From Tubulanus polymorphus (taxonomy: Eukaryota > Animalia > Nemertea): a stretch of DNA of 64,000 nt. Below the pieces are notes generated by a model. The model was not told the origin of the DNA. It did no database searches and worked only from the letters and a program-made list of their open reading frames with translations. Both the position numbers and the translations under genes were made by a program. The stretch's first letter is position 1. Every line of letters starts with the position of its first letter. The DNA lies in assembly GCF_964204645.1 (NCBI RefSeq), contig NC_134032.1:11396275-11460274 (forward strand), in the 5' to 3' direction. This document shows, piece after piece, positions 25,958-39,083 of the stretch.

Positions 25958-27187
25958 TCATTGGTGATGTACATATTTCATGTGCCTTTTACCGCTTGAT
26001 GTCCATGTAAAATGTTTCTCGCATATCGAACATTTAGACGGTTTTTCGCCGGTTTGAATTCGCTCGTGTTGTTTCAAATGGAATCTAGTTTTCATTCCTT
26101 TATCGCAAAACTGACATTTAAACGGTCGTTCATCTAAATGAACCTGTTTCATGTGTTGTTGACAGCTTGACGTCTGCGTAAAACGTTGCTCGCACATTGG
26201 ACATTTAAATCGTTTTTACACCGGTGTGAATTCGCTCGTGTTGTTTCAATTGGGAACTAGTTTTCATTCCTTTATCGCAAAACTGACATTTAAACGGTCG
26301 TTCATTGGAATGAACCCGTTTCATGTGCGCTTGACAATGTGATTTCAGCACGAAACATTTCTCACACGTCGGGCATTTAAACGGTCGCTCATCGGTATGA
26401 GAACGTTTCATGTGAATGTTACGGGTTGAAATCTGCGTAAAATGTTTCTCGCATATTGAACATTTAAACGGTTTTTCGCCTGTGTGAATTCGCTCGTGTT
26501 GTTTCAAATAGAAACTAGTTTTCATTCGTTTATCGCAAAACTGACATTTAAACGGTCGTTCATCGGTATGAACCCGTTCAATGTGCCGTTTACAGCTTGT
26601 TTTCCACAAAAAACATTTCTCACACTTTGAACATTTAAACGGTTTTTCGCCGGTGTGAATTCGTTCGTGTAGTTTCAAATGGTAACTAGTTTGCATTCCT
26701 TTATCGCAAAACTGACATTTAAACGGTCGTTTAAACGGTTGTTTAACGGTATGAACCTGTTTCATGTGAAGGTTACAGTGTGATGACTGCGAAAAATGTT
26801 TCTCGCATATTGAACATTTAAACGGGTTTTCGCCGGTGTGAATTCGCTCGTGTATTTTACGTAATGCGGGAAAACGAAACCATTTATCGCAAAACTGACA
26901 TTTGCACTTTTTACTATTGCCAGCCTTGAATTTCTCAGATGGAACATGGCTATTCAGGCAAACATTATGAACAAGTTTCATGTGCCAGTCACAGCTTGAT
27001 TTTACTGTGAAACGTTTCTCGCACGTCAGACATTTAAACGGTTTTTGGCCTGTACTTCCAGGACGAATGTTACCCCCTTTACACCCTGTTGCTATTTTCA
27101 ATCGACCTTGAGCATCGACCCTTCCAGCGGGCAGACGACTCAGTTCAACAGACGGCAGTAATTCATTCGGCACAACGTATCCGACAC
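25958..27187 (-). CDS. Variable terminal ZF exon, unit B, 9 fingers plus 3 more after a 1-bp frameshift
   Basis: Acceptor at 27187. ACC GGT GTA AAA ACG (extra T) at ~26218 splits ORFs 26205-27173 and 25958-26197. Confidence 0.75.
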
Positions 27188-30100
27188 CTACAAAGAGTCA
27201 TTAGAATCAAATTTAAGCCTCATCTTCACAATTCCGCCTCTGAATCGATTGAGAATTGAACAACTGGTGAAATAATAAAGGGTAACAGAGATTGAAGACA
27301 AATATCATCCTGAAGAAACTAATTCATTCCTTACGAAGTTATGATGGTTTTTCACGTGCAATGAGGACTTGTTCGATTGTGGCAATCGAGGATTCCACCA
27401 GGTTCGCAACAATTCCCGGATTTTTTCTCAAGATTCAATAAAATCTACCCATTATTTCTCATATTCTTTGAATGGTGATTAGTAAAATTCACTCTATATA
27501 TGAACCTAAAGATCATCTGAGTTTATCGAGAGGAGTGATTAATTTGCCTAATTTCTGATGAGGGAGGCTAAAAATCTAGATATCTTGTTCATTTTCAATG
27601 AACTAGATTTTAACAGGTTGTGACACTGACGCGGATGGTTGAAATCATTTTCGGCTTAAATTTATCGCCAGTTTTAGGACCTTAATGAATTTCACGAAAC
27701 CATGATCCTTAAAATGAGTCAATTGGTTAATTCTATTCGTAAATCAATTTACTACATTTGGCTACATTTCCTGAAGATTTCTGGCTCGATTCAACGTAAA
27801 TATGGACAGAAAACGTATTTTCATACGGAATTTTACTACCGCATTCACTCAACGACTCAGATCAATGACAACGACAGCAGATTATACGTAATTTAAGGTG
27901 AGAATCCGTAAACCAGGGAATGTTTCATATGATTTCTTTATAATATTAGTACATGTGGTGGCAAATGAGTACTCGGTGAAGCAATGATCATTGTTGGCTA
28001 GCTACTTTACCTAGCTATTTTGGGGGGATACACCTAGAATAGGCACTAAATGTAGTGAATAGAGACAGTGGAAAGCCTAAGTTGTTAGTAAGGGGCTGGT
28101 TTACACTTATGTGTACGACTATTTATTTCGATTACTTTCTTTCCAGCTATTATTCGTGGAATGAACTGGTCACTACGGTCCTCAATTCCTTTTCCAACTC
28201 TTGCAGCTGGTGGGAAATAAATTTAAACCACAGTGTGCAAGTGTACATTCTAAATCAAGCTTTTTCGTCATTGTCGTAACTTAAGCGCAACTGTCTCAGA
28301 TGCTGTAAGTACTTGACGTTTTATGCAATTGTTATTTTTTCAGTTGCCATGTTTACAATATTTGGATAAGTAATCAGTTATTTTACTTTCTTTCACTCCT
28401 CTATGATATTATATAACCGAGTAATTATTACATTTCATTTCTTGATTACAGGTGGAAAGAGGTCAGATGGCATGAAAATCGACTGTAGCTGACTAATTGG
28501 TGCGATTAGATCAGGCGTTGATGTTTCAAAAGGTGTAGCCAAAAAGCTTGTATCATCAGGGGGTAGACAAATATCCGAAGATAAATGAAAACTTCACCTC
28601 GTTGATCATCAGTTGATTTTGCTGTAATTTTTTCGCCTGGATAAATCAACATGTCAGTCAGTTCAAAATCTGTGTTCAGTAGAATTCCTTTCAATAAAAT
28701 GAAAACTTAATTGACTTATTTTTATGTATTCAAGATTGAAATTGAATGGATCTTAAAACCAGAGAAAGCATTTTTCAGAAATTTAAATAAAGGTCCAATG
28801 GCCCTGTGGCTCACCATTAAATCATTGAGTGCAAATATTGTCAAAAATATTATACTAAATATGAATCAATTTGGATTAGAAAAGTATGACAATTTATGCG
28901 CCTGCAGATGTGTGAGAGTGCTGTGTATACTATAATTGCCTATATATAGACTCGCTCAGGTGCTTACTAACACACCACAAACTGTAACCTATATTCGCAC
29001 ACACACGGCTGACAGCTGACGCGCCGGCTGACAGCTGACTTGCGTATATACAAATGTACTAGCGACGCAGTATTAGATTGACCGCAATTTCACAAGTCAG
29101 AATCCATCCATCGACAAAATGTAAATAATACAAACATCAGACTTTTTTCTAGAAATCAAAACAAATACAATAAGATGCGCGCCATTTTGTTTTCGGTTTC
29201 ACATTAGGCTTTCCCAATGACATCAGAAACGGCAAAATTCCCGGAATGTCCCGTATATCCCACAAACAGCCAATCACATTCATTGTAGCTCGGGTTACAA
29301 GGTCAACTCAAATAAATAGAAGCGAGGAAATTTAGGGGGTTTATACAGTGAGGGCCTGTAGGTCGAAAAGTACATTGAGATCAGTCGAACTAAAAACGGC
29401 AACACTTCCAGGAAGGATTGAACTTTTACATATTTCAATTGCAAGCATGCAAATTGTCATATGTAAAAACGTGCCATTACTTAGTGCTAAAAAGCAGGGT
29501 TTTTGCGTGTTTTTCAAGAATAAGTCCCCTAAAAATAACTCGATCACTATGAAATTTTTGTGGGCTCGAGAACTCATTAAGCCAAACCATGACACCAAAA
29601 ATATACACTATTGGTTCAACAGCCTATATATGTTTGTGCCTTGTTGACACACCGGTACTCTATTCATTTTCAATGAAAACTGCTTCATCAGACCGTTTGC
29701 ATAGGCAAACCTACGGTTCGCCAAAAATCCAAGACTTATAATCAAATTCTGTGAAGTCAGTTAAGGTCTTTTGCTTGAATCAAGCCGAGGGCTCAGATGG
29801 CTAAAATTCAACTCCTCAATGTCCTAGGACTCCTAAGCAAAAGGACTCCTAAGCAAGATGACCTGCCAAATCAAATGTAAATTAAGAAAGAAAACAACAC
29901 AATTGATCAGTCAATGACTTGCGTCTTCAAAAAAATTTTCCCGGAAATATTTCTTTTTCTGGCCACCACCTGCCTCGACACGCGACATTCAAGTTGATAC
30001 AACTGCCGGCACCGGGGGACCATATCTTCGGTATCCTCAAAGCCATTTTGATTAGACTTGGTACATAAGTACTTTTTACATGGTAGCCCTTTTGGATCCA

Positions 30101-30451
30101 CATAATCCAGCATATTGTTGACCCAGGTTGCGCTTCTTGGAAATAGTCCTATGTTACGGACGGATTTGAATAATTTCGATGAAATCTTTTTTACGCTTCC
30201 CGTTGCAACATATGAACCAGTTAGGCAGAAACCCGTTATCGATGCTATGCAGCTATATTTTATTTCTTATTATTTTATTACTGGCTTTTGTAACGTACTA
30301 TCAATTAATCATCTCCATAGAAAAAAATGATTTTAAAAAAGTTTTCCAGCCACTTATTTTGAATCTAATACTGAAATACTAAAATTACTCTCAAACTTTG
30401 CGGAAAGAAAACAATGGTGTTTCAGATCTAAAAAATTACTCTTGAACCCTG

Positions 30452-31739
30452 TGTAGCCTAGTATATTAATTAAGTACGTTAGTTTCAGTAGAGGAAGGAC
30501 CACTCAGTATTTCGTTTCAGTTATCCCTTGGTGGTTTAAATTAGACTTTCAGGATGTAGTGATACATTTCAAATTCTCATCAGCAGTTCAAAATACTGAG
30601 AAATGGATTTGTCATTAGCAATAACCTTATCATTTTTGATAAGCCATGTGCCTCCAGATTGCATCTGCCCACATTTAAAACTTTAAAATATTAAGATTCA
30701 TCAGACTATAGTAAACTTCAATTATCAACTTTATCAGGTGCAGTTGGTGGGAGTGTTGTAATGTTTATTTTCAATTAAGAATAGTTTTCAAAGGTTTAAT
30801 TCTATATTTTGGATGGTACTATTTTTCCTGAGTAGTTTCAGGAACGGGGGGGTAATTTAGATTGGAATTTCCTGTTGTTGAATTTTAGTCAGGGAGAAGA
30901 AAAAGGGATCTCATGATCGAGAGGAGGGCAGTTATTGTCCTCTCTTTTATAAGTTTATTCTTTATTAAAAACCAACAAGGTTTCTAATTTTATGAAAGCT
31001 TTAGCTCTCGCAGTGGATCTGGAAAAAAATTAGCAATTGCTCATCGCTGATTTTTGAGTAATTAAGGAGTTACTGCTGATTTAACTTTTGTGGAAGCGTA
31101 ATTTTTACGGACGATACAAATATTGAAGTGCAATTTGTTCGATCAGGAACAGAAGTTTTACTATTTGTGAATTACAAATAAAACAGAGTACTGCAGCTTG
31201 CGGAACTTTTGTATTAATTTTTTCTTTGCAAGAAGAATATAAAATATAATCGAGAATATAATCGAAAGTATTCAAACGGATTGATTTACCGGAAATTATG
31301 GTGACATTCCGGAATTGGATTTAAAGCTACTTTTATTTTGGCGACGTATGTGGATTGGTGAGCGATGTGGTTTGGTTTATTTCATGTGTATTGGCTGTTG
31401 AGAATGATTCGGTAACTTTGTAATGCAGATGGAAAATTGGAAAGTGAATTTATTGTGTTAAGTGAAAAAACAAACTGACTGACATTATCGAATAATTTGA
31501 ATGAAGTGGCTGTAAAGAAACTGTGTAAATTAACACTAATTGGACATTAAGTTATCGTTGATTCGTGTAAGTTCGGAATGGACAACCAAAAAAGCAGGTC
31601 GTATGATAAAATCTTTTTAGGAAAACTATTTAATACATATTCAGTTCAGTCCTAGTATTTCTCTCTGACATTTGTTCCAAAACCCACCGTGGCGACTTTG
31701 GTTTTCTGGTAATTCAGTGTAGCAAGTGGGTATTTTACA
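30452..31739. mobile_element. Probable solo LTR (4-bp TSD, Gypsy-like)
   Basis: TGTAG...TTACA termini flanked by cctg/cctg. Interrupts a spacer that is contiguous in paralogous copies (e.g. ~11830). Confidence 0.7.
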
Positions 31740-32349
31740 CCTGTAATCCATTGTATCAACTTAAGTTAACCGAATTATCTTTTCGATCTATAGAATCCAA
31801 GTGTGTAAAAACTCAAACCTAACTCCAAAAAATTCTACAAAACAAACTACACGTAACTAAAACACCTTCTGACATTCAATCGACTTTTCAAAAATCTGAT
31901 GCGTTCCAGTTGAGATCATGAATCCATTTGAACTACAGTCCACCCCCGATATACCGACACCCCGCCTACCACCAGGTTTTCCCGATGTTCATCTCCATAC
32001 AAATTCATAGTAAAACACCCTTACCGCCGAAATCGTACTGCACCGATGTGGGCGGTATATCGGGGATCGACTGTAGCTTCAAGATTCTTCTGTTAAAGTT
32101 TCCTTACAGTCGGAACTGTTTTGGTTTTTTACTAGTTTGTATCAGCATGTGTTTATCAGATCAGATGCCGGTGGCAATAAATACGAGACTTTGTTTTACG
32201 AATGCGCAAAATGAGGTTTTTAAAAATGGAGCCTAAATAAATCGATAATTGAATAAACAAAATGGCTGTTCAAACCAGCATTTTGAATGCGCAAAATGTA
32301 GTTTTTAAGACTCGCCAAATGATTAGATGAAATCAGTGTTAATGCCTAC

Positions 32350-33711
32350 CTGACTGAAAAAAATCTCCACTTGTTCCCGGTTGTCGATCGTGTTGTTGTT
32401 GTACAATTGGTTGAGTTGAATAATCTTCATCATCGTCGCTTCCTGACGATATTTCAACCGGTTCTATTTTCATCGGTCCATTTTTAACGCTGTCGTAACC
32501 TTGGTGATGATGTGATTGTTGGAATGGAAGCGTATTGATATCAGCGGTATTTGTATCAGTTAATTGTTCACTGTTTTCAAGTTCCACTTTTTCGGGATTG
32601 GCGGCGCCACTAAATAGTTCTAATTGTTCAAACGACGGAGCGGAATTGACGATCGATTCTAATTGTTCTAACCCGTTATTGCAGTTGGAGACAGCCAGGA
32701 GCGGGGTCGTCGATAATCCATCGTTTAATTGTTCACTGTATTTTCGTTCGATGTTTTCGCCAACAGTGGCGCTGCTAGATATTTGTAACTGTTCAAACGA
32801 CGGAGCGGAATTTACGATTGATTCTAATTGTTCTAATGTGTTATCGCAGCTGGAGACCGCCAGTGGCAGGGGTGTCCATAATCCACTTTCCCTCGGCAGT
32901 TCCACGTAAATTTCTTTTTCATTTGCTGACGACACATTGTCCTGTGAATTGGCAGGAATCGTAGAATCATCCGATTCCTCAACAGCATTTTTAATACTTT
33001 CTAAAGTTGATTCAATTTCGGCGCTCGATACAATTTCACAACCATTTGAATCTAGAACTGTGAAGTTGACGGTTTCCACCGATGCTGAGCTGACCGGAGC
33101 TGTTGCTATGGATGACACAACATTCTCAGATTCATTCAATTGTTGCTGTGATGCAATATCAGTTACCAATGGTTTCAAGCCGATTCCTGATTGTAACGAT
33201 ATTATCGGTGATTCACCACCAGGTGGAGCTGGTTTAACAGGTGTTGTTTGCGTGATAGGCTGGGTTGGCGTTTTCTGTTGTTGAAACTGATTATTAAGAT
33301 TATGATCACTACCAGCCAGTGATATATGACGGACTCCGGATTGGTTTCCCATATTCATAGGAGGAATGTCGATAGCCATTAAAACGTGACGAGGAGGTAA
33401 ACCTCGTCCTCTTCCTCTTCCGCGACCTCCTCGATTGGGCGTCATTCTCTGTTGAGCTGGTAACAGACCGATCGGTTGCTGCCCGACAGCCGTCATTGTT
33501 TGTGATTGTTGAACTCGTTGCTGCGGTAGCGCCCCCTGTACAGCTGCACCTCCTCTGCTACTTTTCACAGCTTTTAAAACATTCTGAGCGACAGTTTTTG
33601 TTCTGCTTTGAACTTCAAATCGTCTTTTTTGTCCGGTTTTTGATTGATTTGTGCCGATGTACATAACATCTCCATCTCCGGACCTTTGATTCATTTGTCC
33701 TCCCGTCTGAT
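32350..33711 (-). CDS. Unit B constant exon 3
   Basis: Acceptor ttcccttttgtattcag|AT and donor TCAG|gtaggc; 1362 nt, phase 1-1. Confidence 0.8.
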
Positions 33712-33849
33712 CTGAATACAAAAAGGGAACAAACCAGACAATTTTAACCCTTTACTATTCTGAAACTGCCTTCAGTGAGTTTTATTAGTTAATATAAGAT
33801 TTAACCAATTCAATCGCTGAATTTGAGGATTGAGATTTTGAAGACAAAC

Positions 33850-33997
33850 CATTAGTTTGACGTCGAGACATCCATCTAAACCAGGTATTATCATCAGCAT
33901 CAATAACTAATTCATCTAACCAATCCATGTGTCGACGCAGACAATTTTTAAATGCATCCTCGCGTACGTGCACCTCAACACCTTCCAACAGCAACAT
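33850..33997 (-). CDS. Unit B constant exon 2 coding part (exon starts at 34027)
   Basis: Acceptor ttttctattttcag|, ATG at 33997, donor AATG|gtttgt in phase 1. Confidence 0.75.
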
Positions 33998-34909
33998 TTT
34001 AACGTCAGTTCTCTTACTAAACTTCAACTGAAAATAGAAAACATTTTTGAGTTCGGCGGTCTTACTGCAGTTAAGGTCACCTTTCTACAGTGTGGTGCTA
34101 GTATCTGGATCAGCACCCGCCCCGAGTTTAAGGGTCGCCCGGAGTTTTTTAAATATTTTATATATAAAATATAAACTACCGCAGTAATTGTAAATATATG
34201 TATCTAAATCAAAGGTCGAGAAAAAACAAGGTGCCCATGGGCACGGTCGAGAAAAAACAAGGTGCCCATGGGCATGGTTAGATTCAACGCAGAAATTAGT
34301 GAATTGAAGAATTTAATCATATCTCTCATAATAGACCATACATTGGTTTTAGTAAGGCGCTCTATCAGCTTATACTTGATGAGAAGGAAATGCATGTTAT
34401 AAAAGTGAAAGGTAATTAGATTTTAAATGACAAAGAGTTGTTTATACAAGGAAGAGAAGGTAAATACATAATACATTTTAAGTAGGCCTAATAGATTTTG
34501 AAATGAAATACATATAATCAAAATAAATTATAAGCCTCCTGATAAATCATAAGGTTTCGTTAAATCAAAAGCATCTCGGATGTTATATTTATATTTTTGT
34601 TGCTGAAGCTGAAATCAGAAGCTGTAGCGGGAGATGAGAAAGTATTCTAAGTTCCATACAGGATTTTCAAGATTCAAAGCCAAGACCTAAGGCAAAAAAT
34701 TGATACCTTGACCCTCCACTCTTTGCCGAGCTTAATAGTTGACTCAGTCGACCACCTATCTATCCCTGTACATTACTTCTTTAAACTATGATCAACGCAT
34801 AATCTATGATAATTATTTCAAGTACTAATAAATATAAAGATATATTCTTTATGTACTAGAAGTACTAAAGACATTATGACACAGGAGGGTATTATTTGAA
34901 ATGTCTTTT

Positions 34910-35400
34910 ATTGATATTGTTTCATAAATTCATATTCATATGGAAATTGAAGTCTCAGAAATAATTTGGAACCTTTATTATCTTTTAATTTATTCATATA
35001 TTCATCATGAATTCAGTAGGTATAGTTCGATTTGCTTCCAGAGATTTTTGCATAGATTTTTTATCTTCGTTATAAAATAACACTAAAAACCCATATTGTT
35101 ATTCCAAAATGTCTACCCGACAACATAGCTAGATAACATAATTCTGATTCTCTAATTTTCGAATCATGTAAATTTGCACAATCATCTATAATACAGTGTT
35201 TTCAATAAGAGCCAGGTCCCAGGTCCCAGACCTGTCTGTCATTTGTAAAGGACCCGCCTGTTTTTTCAAACCAGCTTTCGTTTCAGGGACAGTGACATAT
35301 TATGGGACCCCCCTGTTTTTCAAAGGGACCTGGCTTGTTAATTTCTTATTGAAAACACTGTAATATATAATGTATCAGATCCTTTATAAACATCTAGTGC
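34910..35400 (-). pseudogene. Polinton/Maverick-type (A32/FtsK-HerA-like) packaging ATPase fossil, split by a MITE; copy at ~49735-50228
   Basis: Removing the MITE and its TSD restores ALDVYKGSDTLYIIDDCANLHDSKIRESELCYLAMLSGRHFGITIWVF (Walker B and GRH arginine-finger motifs). Confidence 0.7.
35194..35360. mobile_element. MITE with 17-bp TIRs and 5-bp TSD (taata); copy at 50021-50187
   Basis: cagtgttttcaataaga ... tcttattgaaaacactg. Confidence 0.85.
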
Positions 35401-35864
35401 AATATACAATATACAATATACAATATAAAATATACAATATACAATATACATATATATGCACACACATACATATGCTGTTGAAGCCTCAGTATAATAGCTA
35501 CCAAATTTCAGGACGCCTTGTATGAAATCGCTACAAAGATGTTTCTAACATAAATTTACCTCTCAAACTGAAAACGCCGGATTATATCACGAAATGCGAG
35601 TGTTGACTAAAACCTGTGCATGCACGCGTGTATATGAAACTTCCAGTTATTCACTCAACACCATCGTCCATTGTCATGATGGTAACATATGGTTCGATCC
35701 TTAATCATTCTAACAATAACTCGATAATTACGTGTAAGCGTGAGTCAGATGTTTTCATGTACAGGCAATATCACAGAGAAATTATCAGGCTGCTGTTGCT
35801 GTTATTCTATTCGATAACTTTGTGAATTTTTCAGCTTTTGCTAACTGTTTATCATACAATTTCA

Positions 35865-36105
35865 TATCTAGTTTATTTCCTTTATGTCTATTTTGTAATT
35901 CTGATAATGTTTGAATATTTTTCTAATTACATATTGTTTTTATTTCAGTTTCTTCTTTTATTGATGATAACGGAATAACTTGATCCAACTCCCAATATTC
36001 TCCACGATTCTCAAATTTCAAGTTATCATCGAACTGATATTCTATCCATGCTTTAAAAAATTCTATTGCGCATCCTAAATATTTCGAAAATAGAGAATGT
36101 TTTGT
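35865..36105 (-). pseudogene. Viral-type HNH/endonuclease-VII-like nuclease fossil; copy at ~50672-50905
   Basis: YLGCAIEFFKAWIEYQFDDNLKFENRGEYWELDQVIPLSS...CN*KNIQTLSELQNRHKGNK resembles the GC..W.IDH..P..NW.NLQPL..N..K pattern of large-dsDNA-virus HNH proteins (recognised from memory). Confidence 0.65.
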
Positions 36106-36672
36106 GCGTTTGAAACCCTCGATCATCAAAATCGGTGAAGGATTTCGTGTCGAACTCGAAAACGTTTTAAATTTCGAAATCGGCAAAAACTGGCGTTATA
36201 GCATTTTCGACCCAGGCGATTTTGGGCCCTAATTTCACATTCACGAACTATTCATTGGAAGTTAACGGGATTAGTTTGGTTAGAAGCAGGAAGCTATAAG
36301 AAGCTTTCATAATCTATCATGCCTGGATGGATTATCGAAATTGAATGAGAAATAACGAGGTAGTAAGGGACTGAAGTTGAGTAGTGTGTGAACGTCGTAA
36401 GCCCTCTTGTTATTTTATAGGCATTATTGGATTAACAGATTATCGTTTTTACGATTACCTACAACTCTGATACGAACCCCTGTGTTTTATATGGCCTTAC
36501 CAGTCCATGAACACTTCAACTGCAGTCGCTCGGACTAGGCCTAAATAAGATTAATTGTCAATTGAATTGAATTAATGCCGAAATGAAATTGGCAAAATAT
36601 CGTATCGTTAATTCTCCTTAAAGGAGAATATCAGGGAAATCTCACTCTGCATCGTCAATAATACCGACTTAC

Positions 36673-36830
36673 CGGTTACGAGTTATAGTCATCAATTCAC
36701 AAGCTTAATTAAGCGTGAAAACGGCGTTGAACCGAGACAGTCCAATTCGTTTTTCCACCCTTTCTCAGTTCTGTACGGCACCAGTCTGCAGATGGCGCCA
36801 ACGTACGGTAGAGCATAGTCAATTCAACTC
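36673..36830 (-). promoter_or_regulatory. Unit B putative non-coding exon 1 / TSS region
   Basis: Canonical donor CG|gtaagt at 36673; GCGCCATCT motif; conserved in all three complete units. Confidence 0.6.
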
Positions 36831-37239
36831 AAATGCCCTTTATTTCAATTTCAATTTCGATATTTATGGTACGATAACCACACTCAAACGTGGTGAACAG
36901 ATCAATAAGATGAAAACCCACCATGTACAAATTAAAGCAATTTTAAAATCGAGAATTTATTTATTCAAATAATCTAATATATTAATTACACGACGTTTTG
37001 ATCTCACCCTAGAGATCACCGACGAACTAAACACAGGGGTGTAGCCCTGTTTTTCTCGGCGTTTTTCTGTATATATATATATACAGATGAGAACCTGTAT
37101 ATCCTCTGTATATATACAGAGGAGAACAGGTTAATTGAGTAGATTAGTGAGTAAGTAATAAGTGTTTGGCAAGGCATGAAGTAATATACTTAGAAAGCGC
37201 TTGGACTGGACTGCTAGACTGCAAGAGGTACATCAAATT

Positions 37240-37475
37240 TAGAAATCAAACGTGGATGAAAATCATGAATGTTTCATGTTTTTTTTTGCAATTTCCTTTC
37301 TGAGTGAAGTGTTTCTCGCATATCGCACATTTAAACAGTTTTGCTTCAAATGGTCGTGAGTTTTCATCCGTTTTTCACAAAACTGACATTTAAACGGTCG
37401 TTCCTCGGCATGAAAACGTTTCTCATGCAATGAATCTGATATCCGATTAAAACATTTCTCGCACGTCGGACATTT
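37240..37475 (-). pseudogene. ZF exon relic (copy at 52032-52272)
   Basis: CPTCEKCF...HAEERPFKCQFCEKRMKTHDHLKQ with deletions and no acceptor. Confidence 0.7.
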
Positions 37476-38459
37476 ACATGATGCATGAATAGATATGAAC
37501 GCACGTATCAAACAGGTTATAATTAGCGAGACTCAAAACTGTCAACATATGTAATTAAAATCTGTACTGTCTTTCAATCAGTTGAAGCCGTTCAGTTTTT
37601 GTGATTTGATTGATGTTTTTGCATTTTTTGTCTTTGTTTACGTGAACTGGGGAACCGAAACTTCCAATTTTTTTGTACTTCGATTTCAACGAAATCATTC
37701 TGTAATTCCGACCGCCGATGATCACACAACTATATCTCTACTTCGACCATTTCCGATTTCAAAACATTACACTCCTTGCTTTCCTCCCGGCAGGTTCAGT
37801 GCGCTTGTACGGGAAACCAAATCGAAACGATTCAAACCCAATCTACCAATAAAGAAAAAGAAACAGGGACGGTACCTGTTTTAAGACCAATAAAACCCGA
37901 ATTTGATAATGATTCTGTTCTATATGAATGACCCTACACTACTGGGCTCCGCTCAATTCGGATCAAATTAACTCGGATCAGTTCAGTTCGTTGAAATATT
38001 TTTGCCAAATTGGTGAAACTTTATATGAGATACAGTGTTTATAACATTCAACTCAGATATCATTGAGGTCGGAACAAATTTTTACGTCCATCATGCTCTA
38101 ATCATCTTAGTGGAGGCTTGCTGAAAAAGCGCATCTATATTAGATACCAATTTTGTTGATAAGTATACAAGTATTACTGCGATAAAGGCATTTTACTCGA
38201 GTGCCCGTCCTCCACCCCTAGCCTTATTAAAAGAAAATTCTTCATGAAGATAAAAGGCTAACGCGGCTTCATACCGGTTATTACAGAATCTACAACAGAA
38301 TTGAAACATCAAGAATCACCTAAATTTGGTATAAACCTATACAGTCGTACAAAATTCCCAACTCCACATTACTGAAAGAACTGAACTAAAATTCATAATC
38401 GTTTTTTTAATTCAAATTAATGCTGGAATATCTGTTCTGGTCGGAATTATGAAAACTTT

Positions 38460-38592
38460 TCACGCACAGATGGCACCACTAGTGCTACCCTGTTGCACGT
38501 TAACTCTTTCATATCGGGTTGCTACATTAAATCGACCTTGAGCAGTAATCGTCCCGTTGGACAGCTGACTAATGGCGACTTGAATAGAGAAC
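38460..38592 (-). pseudogene. Finger-less relic of a divergent variable-exon leader (copy at ~53250-53382)
   Basis: Acceptor gttgcag|GT. A shifted frame gives SQLSNGTITAQGRFNVATRYERVN, similar to the leader SRLPIGKDNAQGRFRIATGCEKVN. Confidence 0.55.
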
Positions 38593-39083
38593 CTGCAACA
38601 TGGATAGCGATATTCTGAGAATTCAGATTTTATCACTTTTCATGAATCATTTTCAATGAAATTCTTTCATTTTCAAAGACGATGTTTGTCCAAACTGATT
38701 CCAAAAGAAGCTGAACACAAGCCTAAATGCGCAGCTAATGACATCACCTACGATATAATGTCATTATTAGCCAATCAGAAATCCCGTTTTATATTCGCCA
38801 GGCTTTCTCCGTTATCCGTGAAATTTTGCAATCATAATAATAATCAGCGCGACTATACAACAGGCAATCTGGATTAGTGCCGCATGTACTTGCGCACCCG
38901 GTCCAGCTAGTGTCTAGTCTGGCAGGGCTTCGCGCCGTGGCTGAGTTCAGCGATGCCATCAGGTTCGAATCCCTACTGAGGGACGATGGTGTTGAGTATG
39001 ATATGCAGGGTAAAAAAAAAACCTTTACTGAAAAATCAAATCTGATGATAACAATGATGATCCGTTTTAACTAACATCAAATT

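Noticed and set aside
27630-30250. Protein-coding gene in the unit B-specific intronic block
   Set aside because: Only short ORFs with no recognisable motifs; hairpin-like ends suggest stacked non-autonomous TEs whose boundaries I could not define.
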